This document shows, in pieces, positions 34,168 to 44,700 of a stretch of DNA of 64,000 nucleotides. The translations under genes were made by a program, and so were the position numbers. Position 1 is the first letter of the stretch, and every line of letters starts with the position of its first letter. This DNA is from Kofleriaceae bacterium (lineage in GTDB: Bacteria > Myxococcota_A > Polyangia > Haliangiales > Haliangiaceae): NCBI GenBank assembly GCA_965215005.1, contig CBDCCZ010000004.1:160001-224000 (forward strand). Reading direction: 5' to 3'. A model generated the notes under the pieces. The model had not been told where the DNA came from, searched no databases, and saw only the letters and a list, made by a program, of their open reading frames with translations.

Positions 34168-35001
34168 ATGTCCCTCCGCGGATCCTTGCAAACTATGGGG
34201 GTCGATGACCTCCTGGACTGGATCGATCGCCGCATGGTGTCGGGGCAGCTCACGCTTGGTCGCCCCGCAGTTACCCGAACCTTCAGCATCGATGCCGGCT
34301 ATCTCACCGGCGCAGGCTCGAGCGCACCCCGCGAGCACCTGGGACATCTCTTGATTCGCCGCGGTCACCTCGATGACCAGGCCGTGGACCGCGCGCGCGC
34401 AGTCCAGGCGAAGACGGGGGTACTGCTTGGACGGGTGCTGCTCGACAGCGGCGCGGTCACCGAGGCGGTACTGCGCCGGGTTCTGGAGGAGAAGATCGCC
34501 GGAGCCGTCTTCGACGCGCTGTCGTGGACCGAAGGCAGTTTTCAGCTCGACCGCGTAACGCCGGTGCCGACCACGGGCTACGAAATCGCCGTGCATCTGC
34601 GCGCCGTGCTCGACGAAGGATTGCGCAGGCGTGCAGCGCGCGCGGCGGCAACGCCGGCTATCACGGATGACGGTGGTCGCACGCAGGCGTTCGAGCGCGC
34701 CCGGCAGGCGTGGGCAGTCGCACCCGACGATGCTGCGGCGCGCGCCGCATTCGACGCCGCTGAGCGCGCGCTGATGGCGCAACTGTCGCGGGACCTGCTA
34801 ACAGAGTTTCGGGTGCCAAGATTACTCAAGAGCCCTGCCGAGCTCGAGGCGCTCGAGCTATCGGAATCCGAGCGCTACCTGGTGAGCCGCGTCGACGGGC
34901 GCTGGGATTTGTTATCGCTAATCCGAGTGGTTCCCTTGCGCGCGCCGGAGACGCTCATCACCTTCAAACGTTTGGCCGATCGCGGCATCCTCTCTCTCTG
35001 A
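34168..35001 (+). CDS. DUF4388 domain protein
   Basis: MSLRGSLQTMGVDDLL...SGQL, LGHLLIRRG, LSWTEGSFQL; C-terminal LVSRVDGRWD. Confidence 0.8.
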   Translation: MSLRGSLQTMGVDDLLDWIDRRMVSGQLTLGRPAVTRTFSIDAGYLTGAGSSAPREHLGHLLIRRGHLDDQAVDRARAVQAKTGVLLGRVLLDSGAVTEAVLRRVLEEKIAGAVFDALSWTEGSFQLDRVTPVPTTGYEIAVHLRAVLDEGLRRRAARAAATPAITDDGGRTQAFERARQAWAVAPDDAAARAAFDAAERALMAQLSRDLLTEFRVPRLLKSPAELEALELSESERYLVSRVDGRWDLLSLIRVVPLRAPETLITFKRLADRGILSL

Positions 35002-35015
35002 AGCGAGACCTCATC

Positions 35016-35804
35016 GTGGACCAGTTCGATACCCGCAGCGCCTCCCTCGAGAGATTCCGTCTCTTGCCACGCAGCGGCATCGGCGTCGACGGTACGTGCC
35101 TCATCATCGCTCCGCCTGGCAATCCGGTAATTCGGCTGGACGCGCGTTTGCTCGACCGCGTGGATCTGATTGGTCAGTCGCCGGTGAGCGCGCTGGCGGT
35201 CTCAGGATTGGCGGTTGCGGGCGCGGTCGCTGGGCTGTTATCGCTGATCCCCGGCGGCTTTTTCACCGGCGCCGGCCTCGGCTATCTTGCTTATGAACGG
35301 CTCAGCGAAGCGCGCCAACGGCATCTATCCCGCGATCTGCTGCTGGTGCTCGGTGAGCTCGAGGTCGCACTTCATGTCGCGGATGGACCGGCGGCGGCCA
35401 AGCGCATCTCCGAGGAGCTCTCGCCGTACACCCGCGAGGCACCCATCACGCGCGCCGATGTATATCAGGACGCGCGTAGACGGCTCGAGGCGCAGTCGCA
35501 AGGGCGCAGCCTCGAAGCGGCGCGCAAGGAGCTCGAGCGTGGACTATTGGTCGGCTCCGACGTCGTTCACGTCGCTGGCGAGTTTCTGCAGGTCGGCTCC
35601 GTCGCGTTTCGCATCGATGAGGTGCAAGAGTACGCGCACCGGGGCGCCAACTTGCCGCTTCCAGGGGGGCGATTGCTGCAAGCGGCAGTAGGGCTTCTGG
35701 TCGTGGCGGCGCAAGAACGCGCTCGCTCCGGTGAGGACACCGCGGCGTTATCCGCTCGCATCGCGGCTTACGAAGCGTGGTCGGGACAGCTGGCGGGGCG
35801 ATAA
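35016..35804 (+). CDS. Hypothetical membrane protein
   Basis: 262-aa ORF co-oriented with the previous gene; Gly-rich hydrophobic segment. Confidence 0.65.
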   Translation: MDQFDTRSASLERFRLLPRSGIGVDGTCLIIAPPGNPVIRLDARLLDRVDLIGQSPVSALAVSGLAVAGAVAGLLSLIPGGFFTGAGLGYLAYERLSEARQRHLSRDLLLVLGELEVALHVADGPAAAKRISEELSPYTREAPITRADVYQDARRRLEAQSQGRSLEAARKELERGLLVGSDVVHVAGEFLQVGSVAFRIDEVQEYAHRGANLPLPGGRLLQAAVGLLVVAAQERARSGEDTAALSARIAAYEAWSGQLAGR

Positions 35805-35899
35805 GCGCGCGGTTGCCGCAGCGGCAGCCGTAGAGCGGCGCAAGCGAGCCGACCCGCGCAAGGCGAGCGGGGCAATCCGCGAGACCGACGACCTGGCGA

Positions 35900-35923
35900 C
35901 GTCGTCTCGGGATGGAGACGACG
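35900..35923. terminator. 9-bp hairpin between convergent genes
   Basis: CGTCGTCTC-gggatg-GAGACGACG. Confidence 0.45.
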
Positions 35924-35947
35924 GCAGGCGTAGGCAGCGCTACTGCG

Positions 35948-36388
35948 TTACTCGGCAGGCTCTTCGGCGGCCGGGATCTCGGCAGGCTCTTCGGCGGCCG
36001 GCATCTCGGCGGCGGGCTCGGTCGGCGGCGGCACCACGGCGGGTGCGTCTTGACGCGACTCGTTGATCAACTTCTCGCAGGTGGCCATGTCCTCTTCGGA
36101 CTTGGCGGTCGCAGCGCACGTGATTGCTTCCTGCGACCAATTCTTCTCTTTGCACTCTTTGACGGCCTCTTTCTCGGCCTCGGCGAGCATGGGCTCGGCC
36201 ATCTTCTTCATCTCTTCGGGCACGTCCTTGCCGGCGAGCTCTTTCTTGGCGAGCTCGATGAGGTTCTTGCCGACGTCTTCGCACGTAGCCTCGCTGCTAC
36301 CGTCTTTCTTGCAGCCGGCGACGGCTGTGGTGGAAAGCAGGGCGGCGATGAGGAAGATTGAAACTCTGTTGAACACGGAAACCTCCAT
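35948..36388 (-). CDS. Small Cys-containing lipoprotein with PAAEEPAE tail repeats
   Basis: Lipobox VAGC-KK; four further Cys; 27-bp direct repeats at the 3' end. Confidence 0.8.
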   Translation of the reverse strand: MEVSVFNRVSIFLIAALLSTTAVAGCKKDGSSEATCEDVGKNLIELAKKELAGKDVPEEMKKMAEPMLAEAEKEAVKECKEKNWSQEAITCAATAKSEEDMATCEKLINESRQDAPAVVPPPTEPAAEMPAAEEPAEIPAAEEPAE

Positions 36389-36588
36389 CGAGTGGAATCG
36401 AGGGTCGAGTTAACCGCAATCACGCCACCTTTGCTAGCGGCGCTCGGTGAATTTGCCGGTTGCTGGCCACGGCAACCTCGGCTGCTGGCGGCGTCCGCGC
36501 TCGTTTCCTCGGGCATCGGAAGCGCGTATGGTGCCGCCTGCGCGCATGAGGCGGCGGTGACATCCGCGTGTAAACCTCGCGCAGGCCC

Positions 36589-38838
36589 ATGACCGAGACC
36601 CCGCAGAACCGCACGCCACTGGCGCTCCACGCCGCAGCGATGGCGGTGGTAGTCACGCTGTTCTATGCGGCGATCATTGCCCGCGGTGAGACGTTGGCGA
36701 GCGGCGACAGGCTCACCCGTACCCTCGCCGCATTTGCGCACGTCGGTGACGCTGCTGCCGCTGGCCGCATCGCAGAGTGGTGGAGCAGCGTGTCGCTAGG
36801 CATCCCGTTTGCGGCCGACATGGCGCACGCGGCGTGGTATCCGCTCGCCTGGTTGGCCGCGCTGCTGCCAGCACCGATTGGCCTCGATGTCTTTGCCCTG
36901 CTGCACGTGTGGCTCGCCGCGGTTGGTGTGAGCGTTTTGTCCCAACAGCTTGGCGCCGATATCCGCGGCGCAATCACCGCCGGCGGTGCCGCAGTGCTCG
37001 CTGCGCCGATGGTCGGGCTTGCGGCTAGCGGCTTGACGATCGCCTCGCTTGCGTGGCTGCCGTGGATCGCCTGCGCCGCTGCGCGTTTGGCCGTCGCCCA
37101 ACCGGGCTGGCAGCGCCTCGACCGGCTCCTGCTCTTGGCAGCCGCGCATGCGGTGCAGCTCTACGCTGGTGCGTGGACGTTCGTCGCTCCAGCGGTGTCG
37201 CTCTCGCTCGTGGTCGTGGTCTACAGCCGCTCGCCGATCGAGTCGCTGCGGCGGATGACGGCGTGGCTAGTGGCGATGGTTCTGGCGACTCTCGCGGCAG
37301 CTCCGGTTTGGATCGCGGCGTGGGCCATGGCCCGCCCGCTTGCGGAGCCGCCCCGTGGCTTTGCCGGCTGGTCTGCCGTGGTGTTGCCGGTGTCGTCGAG
37401 CCAGCTCGTGGGATTGCACGTGGGGCTAGCGGTGCTGCTGTTGACCGCGCTCGCCCTCGCCAAGAGCGGCACGGCGCGGCGGTGGTGGGCAGTGGTGGTG
37501 GTGCTAGCGGCTGTCGCTGCGCTGGTGCCGCCAGCGTGGCTGGTGCAAGCGATGCCGGGCGAGCGGCAGGTCGATCCGCAAACGGTTTGGCTCGCCTCGG
37601 CGCTGCTCATTTGCATTGCGCTGGCGGGCACTGGGCTCACGTGCGGAGCGCTGGGACTTTCGCGCCGCTGGACGTGGATGGGCGCTGCAGCGCTGCTGGT
37701 CGCGATTGCGGCCAGCGTGTGGCAGGGGGAATTTGCACTGCCAGCTCACGTGCTCGTGGCGATCGGTTTCTCGCTCGGCGGCGCGGCGCTCATGTGGACC
37801 TGTCTTGCCTGCGCGCGCCGGTCGTCCCGCCGCTCCTGGGCCGTGCCGCTAGCGGCGGCTTCGCTGGTGGTATCGCTGTGGCCGGCGGCGACCCAGTGGC
37901 GGCGCACGGTGGGGCGGCAGCTCATCGCGCAGCCGCCGCAGGTGCTCGACACGATCGCACGCGCTGCCGCCGCACGCGCTGCCGCGCGCCCGCGGGTGCA
38001 TCGTCCCGCCCGGCTGCCCGGCGACGCGGCCTCGCCCGAGCCCACCGATGGGCCCAATGATGAGCTCGATGACGAGGCCGAAATCCTGGCCTCATGGGTT
38101 CGCCATCGACACAATGCATTGGCAGAAGTCAGTGCCACTCGCTTTGGCGTTGACTACTTTACCGGTGCCGACGGCGAGCTCGCTGCGTTGGTGCGTGACG
38201 CGGCGGTCTCGGTGGAGCGGGTGCTGGATCTCTTCGCGGTCGATTACGTGCTCGTTCCAGCGAGCGTGGCGCTGCCGGGGGGGCGGCCGGTGGTTGGCCG
38301 AACTCCTGATGACGAGCTGGTGTTGGTTGAAAACGAGCTGCGCCGGCCGCGCGCGTTCGTCACCTCGCGCTGGCGCGGACATGCGAGCGTGGCGAGTGCG
38401 CGGCGGGCGCTGCTGGGTGCTGGCGCGGTTGCGGCTCCGCTCCGTCTCAGCGAGATCCAACTCGAGCTAGGCCGCGAGGGCGAGGCGTTGACACCGCCAG
38501 CGACGCCCGCGCCCCTGCAGGCCTGTGCGGTCGAGGAGCCCACGGATGAGCGCGTGGTGCTCCGCTGCCATGCCGCCGCCGCGGGCTACGTCGTGCTCCT
38601 CGATGCCTTTGCGCCGGGGTGGAGCGCGCTCGTCGACGGCATTCCAACCCCGATTACCCGCGCCGAGACGTTGGCGCGCGCGGTGAAAGTCGGTGCGGGC
38701 GAGCATGTCATTGAGATGCGCTACCGCCTCCCGGGCGTGCGACTCGGCGCGGCGGTGGCGCTTCTAGCGTGGCTCAACCTGATCGCGTTAGGCGCACTGG
38801 CGCGATGGCGCCAACGTGCCGCTTTCGCCTCCGCCTGA
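36589..38838 (+). CDS. YfhO-like polytopic membrane protein (putative GT-C glycosyltransferase)
   Basis: W...LGIPFAAD...WYP N-terminal motif; many TMs; C-terminal PRAF, LLDAFAPGWSALVDG, GEHVIEMRY. Confidence 0.75.
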   Translation: MTETPQNRTPLALHAAAMAVVVTLFYAAIIARGETLASGDRLTRTLAAFAHVGDAAAAGRIAEWWSSVSLGIPFAADMAHAAWYPLAWLAALLPAPIGLDVFALLHVWLAAVGVSVLSQQLGADIRGAITAGGAAVLAAPMVGLAASGLTIASLAWLPWIACAAARLAVAQPGWQRLDRLLLLAAAHAVQLYAGAWTFVAPAVSLSLVVVVYSRSPIESLRRMTAWLVAMVLATLAAAPVWIAAWAMARPLAEPPRGFAGWSAVVLPVSSSQLVGLHVGLAVLLLTALALAKSGTARRWWAVVVVLAAVAALVPPAWLVQAMPGERQVDPQTVWLASALLICIALAGTGLTCGALGLSRRWTWMGAAALLVAIAASVWQGEFALPAHVLVAIGFSLGGAALMWTCLACARRSSRRSWAVPLAAASLVVSLWPAATQWRRTVGRQLIAQPPQVLDTIARAAAARAAARPRVHRPARLPGDAASPEPTDGPNDELDDEAEILASWVRHRHNALAEVSATRFGVDYFTGADGELAALVRDAAVSVERVLDLFAVDYVLVPASVALPGGRPVVGRTPDDELVLVENELRRPRAFVTSRWRGHASVASARRALLGAGAVAAPLRLSEIQLELGREGEALTPPATPAPLQACAVEEPTDERVVLRCHAAAAGYVVLLDAFAPGWSALVDGIPTPITRAETLARAVKVGAGEHVIEMRYRLPGVRLGAAVALLAWLNLIALGALARWRQRAAFASA

Positions 38839-38858
38839 GAGGTCGAGAGGCAATCGCG

Positions 38859-39689
38859 TTACGGCACCAGCGCCGTGCCGCACGTGCCGGGCGCTTCGAG
38901 CTCAGCAAGCAGTTGACCGGCGCCAATGCCACCAACGATGTGCACGGCGCCGACCTCGCCGCTCTCGAGCACTCGAATCGACTCCTCGAGCTTGGGAATC
39001 ATGCCTCCTTGCACGGTTCCGTCGGCGATGGCCGCGCGCGCGTCAGCGGCAGTCATGCGCGGGATGCGACTCTGCGGATCATCCTTGTCGCGCAGCACGC
39101 CCGGTGCGCCGGTGACCAGCACCAAATGCGCCGCGTGAAGCACCTTGGCTGCTTGATTGGCAACGATGTCGGCGTTGATGTTGAGGATGTTGCCGTGCTC
39201 ATCGCCGGCCAAGCACGCCAGCACCGGCACGTAGCCGTTGCCGAGCAGTAGCTCGAGGAGCTCGACGTTAAAGCCAGTGACGTCACCGACGTGGCCAAAG
39301 TCGATGGGCTCCGGTCCGCCGCCAGCAACCACGCGCGGCGGCCGCTTGCTGCCGGCGATGACCCGCGCGCTGCCGCCATGCAGCCCAACGGGCCGGCAGC
39401 CGGTTGCCAACAGCGCGGCGCACAGGTCGATGTTGACCTTGCCACCGACCATCATCTTCATGACGTCGAGAGTATCGGCATCGGTGATGCGACGGCCGGC
39501 GACGACGTTGGGCTGCTGGCCGAGCTGTTTTTGCAGCGCGGTGGCCTGCGGCCCGCCGCCGTGAATCAGAAGTACCCGGGCTCCGCGTTGCGTCGCGGTG
39601 GCAACATCGGCGGCAACCGCGGCAAGCACGGGGCTGGTGAGAATGTCGCCGCCGACTTTAATGATAGTAAGCGCCGCGTTCGAGCTCAC
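38859..39689 (-). CDS. argB: Acetylglutamate kinase
   Basis: IIKVGG, IHGGGPQ, GRRITD, NINAD, GGMIPKL; start overlaps the argC stop. Confidence 0.95.
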   Translation of the reverse strand: MSSNAALTIIKVGGDILTSPVLAAVAADVATATQRGARVLLIHGGGPQATALQKQLGQQPNVVAGRRITDADTLDVMKMMVGGKVNIDLCAALLATGCRPVGLHGGSARVIAGSKRPPRVVAGGGPEPIDFGHVGDVTGFNVELLELLLGNGYVPVLACLAGDEHGNILNINADIVANQAAKVLHAAHLVLVTGAPGVLRDKDDPQSRIPRMTAADARAAIADGTVQGGMIPKLEESIRVLESGEVGAVHIVGGIGAGQLLAELEAPGTCGTALVP

Positions 39690-40749
39690 GGCCAGCTCCC
39701 AGCGTCGCGAAGGGAGGCGGTCTCGTCGAGGCCAAGGACCAGGTTCATGTTCTGGATGGCCTGGCCGGCGCCGCCTTTAATCAGATTGTCGAGCGCCGAG
39801 AAACAGGCGACGGTGCGGCGGGCCGCGAGCTGCCGCGCCGAGCGCGAAGCCGACCTCGACATAGTTCGAGCCGGCGACCGCGGCGACCTGCGGGAGTCGG
39901 TGTTTGGGCCTGCGCACGAACGGCTCATCGGCGAAGGCGGCATCGTACAACGCAGCTAGTTGCAGCTCATCGACGGTGGCGTCGACCTCGATGAAGGCGG
40001 TGGCGAAGATGCCGCGCACCAGCGGCGCCGACACCGGAACGAAACGGACCTCGACGTCCTGCGCGCCCGCCGCGGTTAGCGTCTCGAGAATCTCGGGCAG
40101 ATGTTGATGCGTGAGCGGCTTGTAGGTGCTCAAGTTGCCGGCGCGTACCGGGTGATGCGGTGCCGGGCTTGGGCGCCGCACCCGAGCCGGAGGATCCGGT
40201 GATGGCGTTGACGTGCACCGTGGTGCCGCTGAGTAGGCCGCCTTTCGCGAGCGGCAACAGGCCAAGCTCGATGGTCGTGGCAAAGCAGCCGGGCGAGGCC
40301 ACGTACTGCGCTTCTCGAATGGCGACCCGGTTGAGCTCCGGCAACCCGTACACGAAGCGCTCCATGAGCTCGGGGCATGGGTGCTTGGTCTCGTAAGAGC
40401 GCTCGTACGAGGCAACATCGCGGAGGCGAAAGTCGCCGGACATGTCGACGACCTTGATACCGAGCTCGACCAGCTCGGGCACTTTGGCAGCCGTCACCTT
40501 GTGAGGGAGCGCGAGCAGCGCGATGTCGCAGTCCTGGGCGGCGACTCGTGGCGGTACGTCTTCGAAGCGCAACTCGGTGAGGTCGGTGAGGTTTGGGTGG
40601 GCTGCCCAAAGCGGCTCACCGACAAAGTCGATGGAGGCGACTCGAGCGACCTCGACGTCGGGATGAATCAATAGGCGGCGCAGCATCTCACCAGCGCCGT
40701 AACCGCTGCCGCCGATGATCGCGGCGCGCTTCTTGGGAGAAGAGCTCAT
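39686..40749 (-). CDS. argC: N-acetyl-gamma-glutamyl-phosphate reductase (frameshifts at ~40159 and ~39821)
   Basis: [33 protein letters not shown], then HQHLPEI..RGI in a second frame, then [18 protein letters not shown] in a third frame. Confidence 0.93.
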
Positions 40750-40913
40750 GGGCTCTTGTACCGAAGTCCGGCGCCAGGGGCGAGCGCTGCTCGTGCCGAT
40801 TGCAGCCTGTGGCTTCGGGTCTGGGCGGCGGGCGAGGACGTCGGCGGAAGTCCAGCGAGACGCGGGCGGCGAGGCGTGCACGATCAAGTCGTGGTCCTCG
40901 GACGCTCGCGAAG

Positions 40914-40954
40914 CCGCTGCCGCCTACGAGGAATACCGCAGGAGGCGGCAGCGG
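40914..40954 (-). promoter_or_regulatory. 12-bp perfect hairpin in the argC leader (terminator or attenuator element)
   Basis: CCGCTGCCGCCT (40914-40925) and AGGCGGCAGCGG (40943-40954), 17-nt loop, no U-tract. Confidence 0.6.
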
Positions 40955-40958
40955 ATCG

Positions 40959-40988
40959 TCAGAGGCCGCGCCTGCGTCGGCGCTTCAT
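40959..40988 (-). CDS. Putative Arg-rich leader peptide MKRRRRRGL
   Basis: ATG AAG CGC CGA CGC AGG CGC GGC CTC TGA; the ATG overlaps the stop of the upstream gene (ATGA). Confidence 0.4.
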   Translation of the reverse strand: MKRRRRRGL

Positions 40989-41215
40989 TCGGCGCGAATT
41001 TTCTCTTTGAGGGTCGAGAAGCCGATGTCGAGGCGCTTGGCAGCGCGCTGCCGGTCCTCGTCCGAGCGTCGAATGATGAACTCGACGTAGGCGCGTTCGA
41101 ACTCGCGGCGAGCGCGGCGCAGCGTCCACGGCCGCTTGGCGTTGCTCAGCGTGTTCACAAGGGCTTCGACTTCGGTTTTGAACTGCGAATCGTGGGTCTT
41201 CGTCTGGCGCGGCAT
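40985..41215 (-). CDS. Small stand-alone Fis-type HTH protein
   Basis: TLRRARREFERAYV...AAKRLDIGFSTLKEKI; GGAGG SD 5 nt before the ATG at 41215. Confidence 0.85.
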   Translation of the reverse strand: MPRQTKTHDSQFKTEVEALVNTLSNAKRPWTLRRARREFERAYVEFIIRRSDEDRQRAAKRLDIGFSTLKEKIRAE

Positions 41216-41716
41216 GACCACCTCCGGTTCTTAACTCTCTCTGGAATTAGCAATCTAGGCAACGATTATCTGGCTGGTAGAAGAAAAACCAGCCTCGTGG
41301 TTGGCAGCGAAAAACTGGCTTCGACCGCGATCTGTCGGCGAACGAAGGCGGCATGACGGCGTGCTGCTCGCCGCCGTCTCGCGGCGAGCTTTGTAGGTCA
41401 ACCTATCGACTTACTTGGGGTTCTTAGCGTGTGCAGAATGCTGTCTAGGGACGGTCGCGCGGCCGCCACCGAAGGAACCCGAGGTGCTCGGCGGTGACGA
41501 GTGGTCCGATGGCTGAGATTTCGGCGTTCGGCGCCGGCCGGTTTCCTGGCTATCACCTCGAGGAAACAACTGTAAGGCCTATCGCAGCAGATACTGCAAG
41601 GCGCCTACGTTACGCGCGCAATTGTAGGCCGCACCGCAACACGCGCTGCTGCTCGCCGATTCTGCTTCGAGAGCTGGAAGAGCCGCGTTCGGCGGCGCCG
41701 CCCGTGCTTCGGGCTT

Positions 41717-44700
41717 TCAGTCGGAGTCGGGCTCGAGGCTTAGCGAGATGCCTTCGCGCCAGCCGATCTCCGCGGCCAGCTTGCTGGCCAGCCGCATGCC
41801 ATCTTCGCTCTCTTGGACGCGCACCGCCGGCTCGGTGTCGGGACGCCGACGAGTCGATTGCGCCGAGTGGATGAGCAATTCAGCGGTGGAGCGGCGATCG
41901 CCTAGCGCGTTCATTTGGTCAATAGCGCTGGAGCGGTGGCGTAGCGCCCGCGTTGGATCGCCGAGCTCCTCATAGATCTGCCCGAGCAGCGCCGATAGCC
42001 GCCCCAGGCCCCGGCTCGAGTCGGCTCGTTTCGCGGCCTCGAGTGCATCGTGGGCCAGGCGCCGCGCATCTTCCAAGCGGCCGCCGCGCACGTAGCGCTC
42101 GGCCAGGCGCAGTCCCAGATACCAGCTCAGTCGCGGCGCGCTGCGCGAACGCAACCCCTCACCCATGGTGATGACGTCGATGGCTTCGGCGAGCTCTTCA
42201 GTGGCCGCGGCGGTGCGTCCGACGCGGTCCATCGCCGCCGCGAGGTCGAGGTAGGCGGTGCATAGGAACTCACGATCCCCTAGCCGCATCGCGATGCCAA
42301 CCGCGTGCTCGAGCTCTTCGATGGCGCGGCGACCATCGCCGCCGGTGAGGTGCACGCCACCGCGAATTCGCGCTGCTGTGGCCCGTTGCGCATCGCTTTG
42401 CTGCAGCCGAGCGGCCTCATCGAGGAGCTCGACCACCGCGGCGGTTTGGCCACCGATGCGCAGCAGATCCGCAAGCCGCAGCAAGGCATCGATGAGACGC
42501 GGCGTGCCTTGCGGCTCGTGCGCGAGCTGGCGTGCGAGCTCGAGCGCGCGGCGATACCAGCTGGTGGCGCCGGCGTCGTCGAAGCGGCGCACCGCGTCGT
42601 CACCGGCCTCGATGTAGAGCGAATAGGCGTGGCGCAGCTCGCCGCCATGCTCGGCGTGATGCCCGAGCACGCCCACCGGCGCGTGGCCCGCGAGAATTTC
42701 ACCCGCGCGACGGTGCAGCTGCCGGCGGACATCGGCGGGGGTGCACGCGCCGGCTACGTCGGCAACCAGCTCGCTGGGAATGGTGAGCTCGCTGGCGTCG
42801 ACCACGAGAAGGCCGGTCCAGTCGCGGGACTCGAGCTCATCGGAGGCTCCTTCGACGCACGCTTCGACCACCCACCGCGGCGCGACCGTTCCGTGGATGG
42901 CTACCGCCTGCAGCAGGCGGCGAGTGCGCGACGGCAAGCGGTTGATGCGCAGCGAAACCAGATCGACGAGCAGCGACGGCGCGGTAGAAGGACTGTTGCC
43001 CATGCTGATCCAGCCGGCGAGCTGCTCGACAGCCGATGGCGAGCCGCCGGTGATCGAGTGCACCGCGAGCGCGGTGGGGAGCTGCTTTTCTGGCCCCACG
43101 AGCGCCGCTGCGAGATCGCGAGCATCTTGCGGGCTGAGCGGCTCGAGCTGCAGCACCGACGAGGTTGGAGGCGCCTGCGCATCGCTGCTGGAGGTTACGA
43201 TGAGGGCGATCGCGCTGCCATCGGCGGCCTCGGCCAGCGAGCGCAGGAGCTTGCGGCTCGGCTGATCGAACTCGTCGACATCGGCAAACGCCAGCACCGC
43301 GCGCGGAAAGCGCCGCTGTATCGACAACAACGTGCGCAGAGTGGCAGCGTGGGCTTCCCGCCGGCGCACCGCTAGCTCGAGATCGCGCGGTCGCTCGGCA
43401 ATGCCAAAGACCTCGGCCAGGCCGGGCACGTCGCGATCGGGAAGGCCGCAGCGCGCTACCGCGGCGGTGAGGGTCTCGATGGTTGGCGGGCTTGGCAGGT
43501 CGAGCACGGCCTCGAGTAGCGTGAGAATCGGATACCACGGCGTACAAAGACCACTGGGGTCGGCCGCCGCGATGAACACGGCGGCGCTGCGAGCCGCGGC
43601 GCGCGAGGCCTCGAGCACCAGGCGCGCCTTGCCGATGCCGCGCGGGCCGATGATCGCCATGCTCGAGCCAGGCAGGGCGCCGCGGCAAAACGCGGTGACC
43701 CGAGCGAGCTCGACGTCGCGGCCGATGAGAACGTGGGCCGCGGCGCTGAGCTCGCAGGTGAGGCGAGTCGAGCGGCGGGTGGTGAGCGCGACTTCGCGAG
43801 TGAGCGAGCGGCTGCCAGCGGCAAGCGGCACGGGAGCGCGGCGTTTGACCGGCGCTGGTTGCGCGGCAGGACGCTGCACGCCGGTGGCGGCCAGCAAGTG
43901 CTCGCGCATCTCCCGGGCGCTTGGCGGTCGCGCTTGCGGCGACTTCTCCAGCGCCCACAGCACCACCTCTCCCAGCGTTGGCGGGCAGGTGGGAATCACC
44001 TCGTGGGGCGCGCTTGGCGTGAGCTCGAGGTGCCCTTCGAGCACGGCCGGCACCGCGGCGCCCGCAAATGGCGTGCGGCCGACGATCATCTCGTAGAGGA
44101 GCACCCCTACGGCATACAGATCGGTCGCGGGGGTGACCGGTTCGCCGCGAATTTGTTCGGGCGCCATGTATTCCGGCGTGCCGACGATGCGACTGCCCGG
44201 CTGCACGGCATCGAACGCGCGCGCCAAGCCAAAGTCGATGACTTTGGCAAAGTCATCGCCGTCGCGCAGACGCTCGACGATGACGTTGTCGCTGGTGAGG
44301 TCGCAATGAACGACGCCGCAGGCATGAGCCTCGGCGAGGGCGGAAAGCACCTGGGCGGTGAGCGCCACGATGCGTTGTGGCGACAGCGGCTGCGCTTCGA
44401 TGAGGCTCGCGAGCGTTTGGCCACGCAAGTGCTCCATCACCAAGAACGGCACTTCCTCGTCGGTCACGCCAAAGTCGTAGACCGCGACCGCGTGGGGATG
44501 ATTGATGCGACTTGCCGACTTTGCCTCGTTGCGAAACCGCTGCACCGCGTTTGAAGACAGCTCGGGACGCAACAGCTTGACCGCCACCGAGCGGCCGAGA
44601 TCGAGCTGCTCTGCCTGATAGACGTACCCCATGCCGCCGCTGCCCAGAAGCCGCAGCAGACGATACTTGTCGGCCAGCGTGGTGCCTGCGAGCGCCTCGA

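Noticed and set aside
40715..41356. 213-aa plus-strand ORF over the arg leader
   Set aside because: Antisense to the Fis-like gene and the argC start; no recognisable domain
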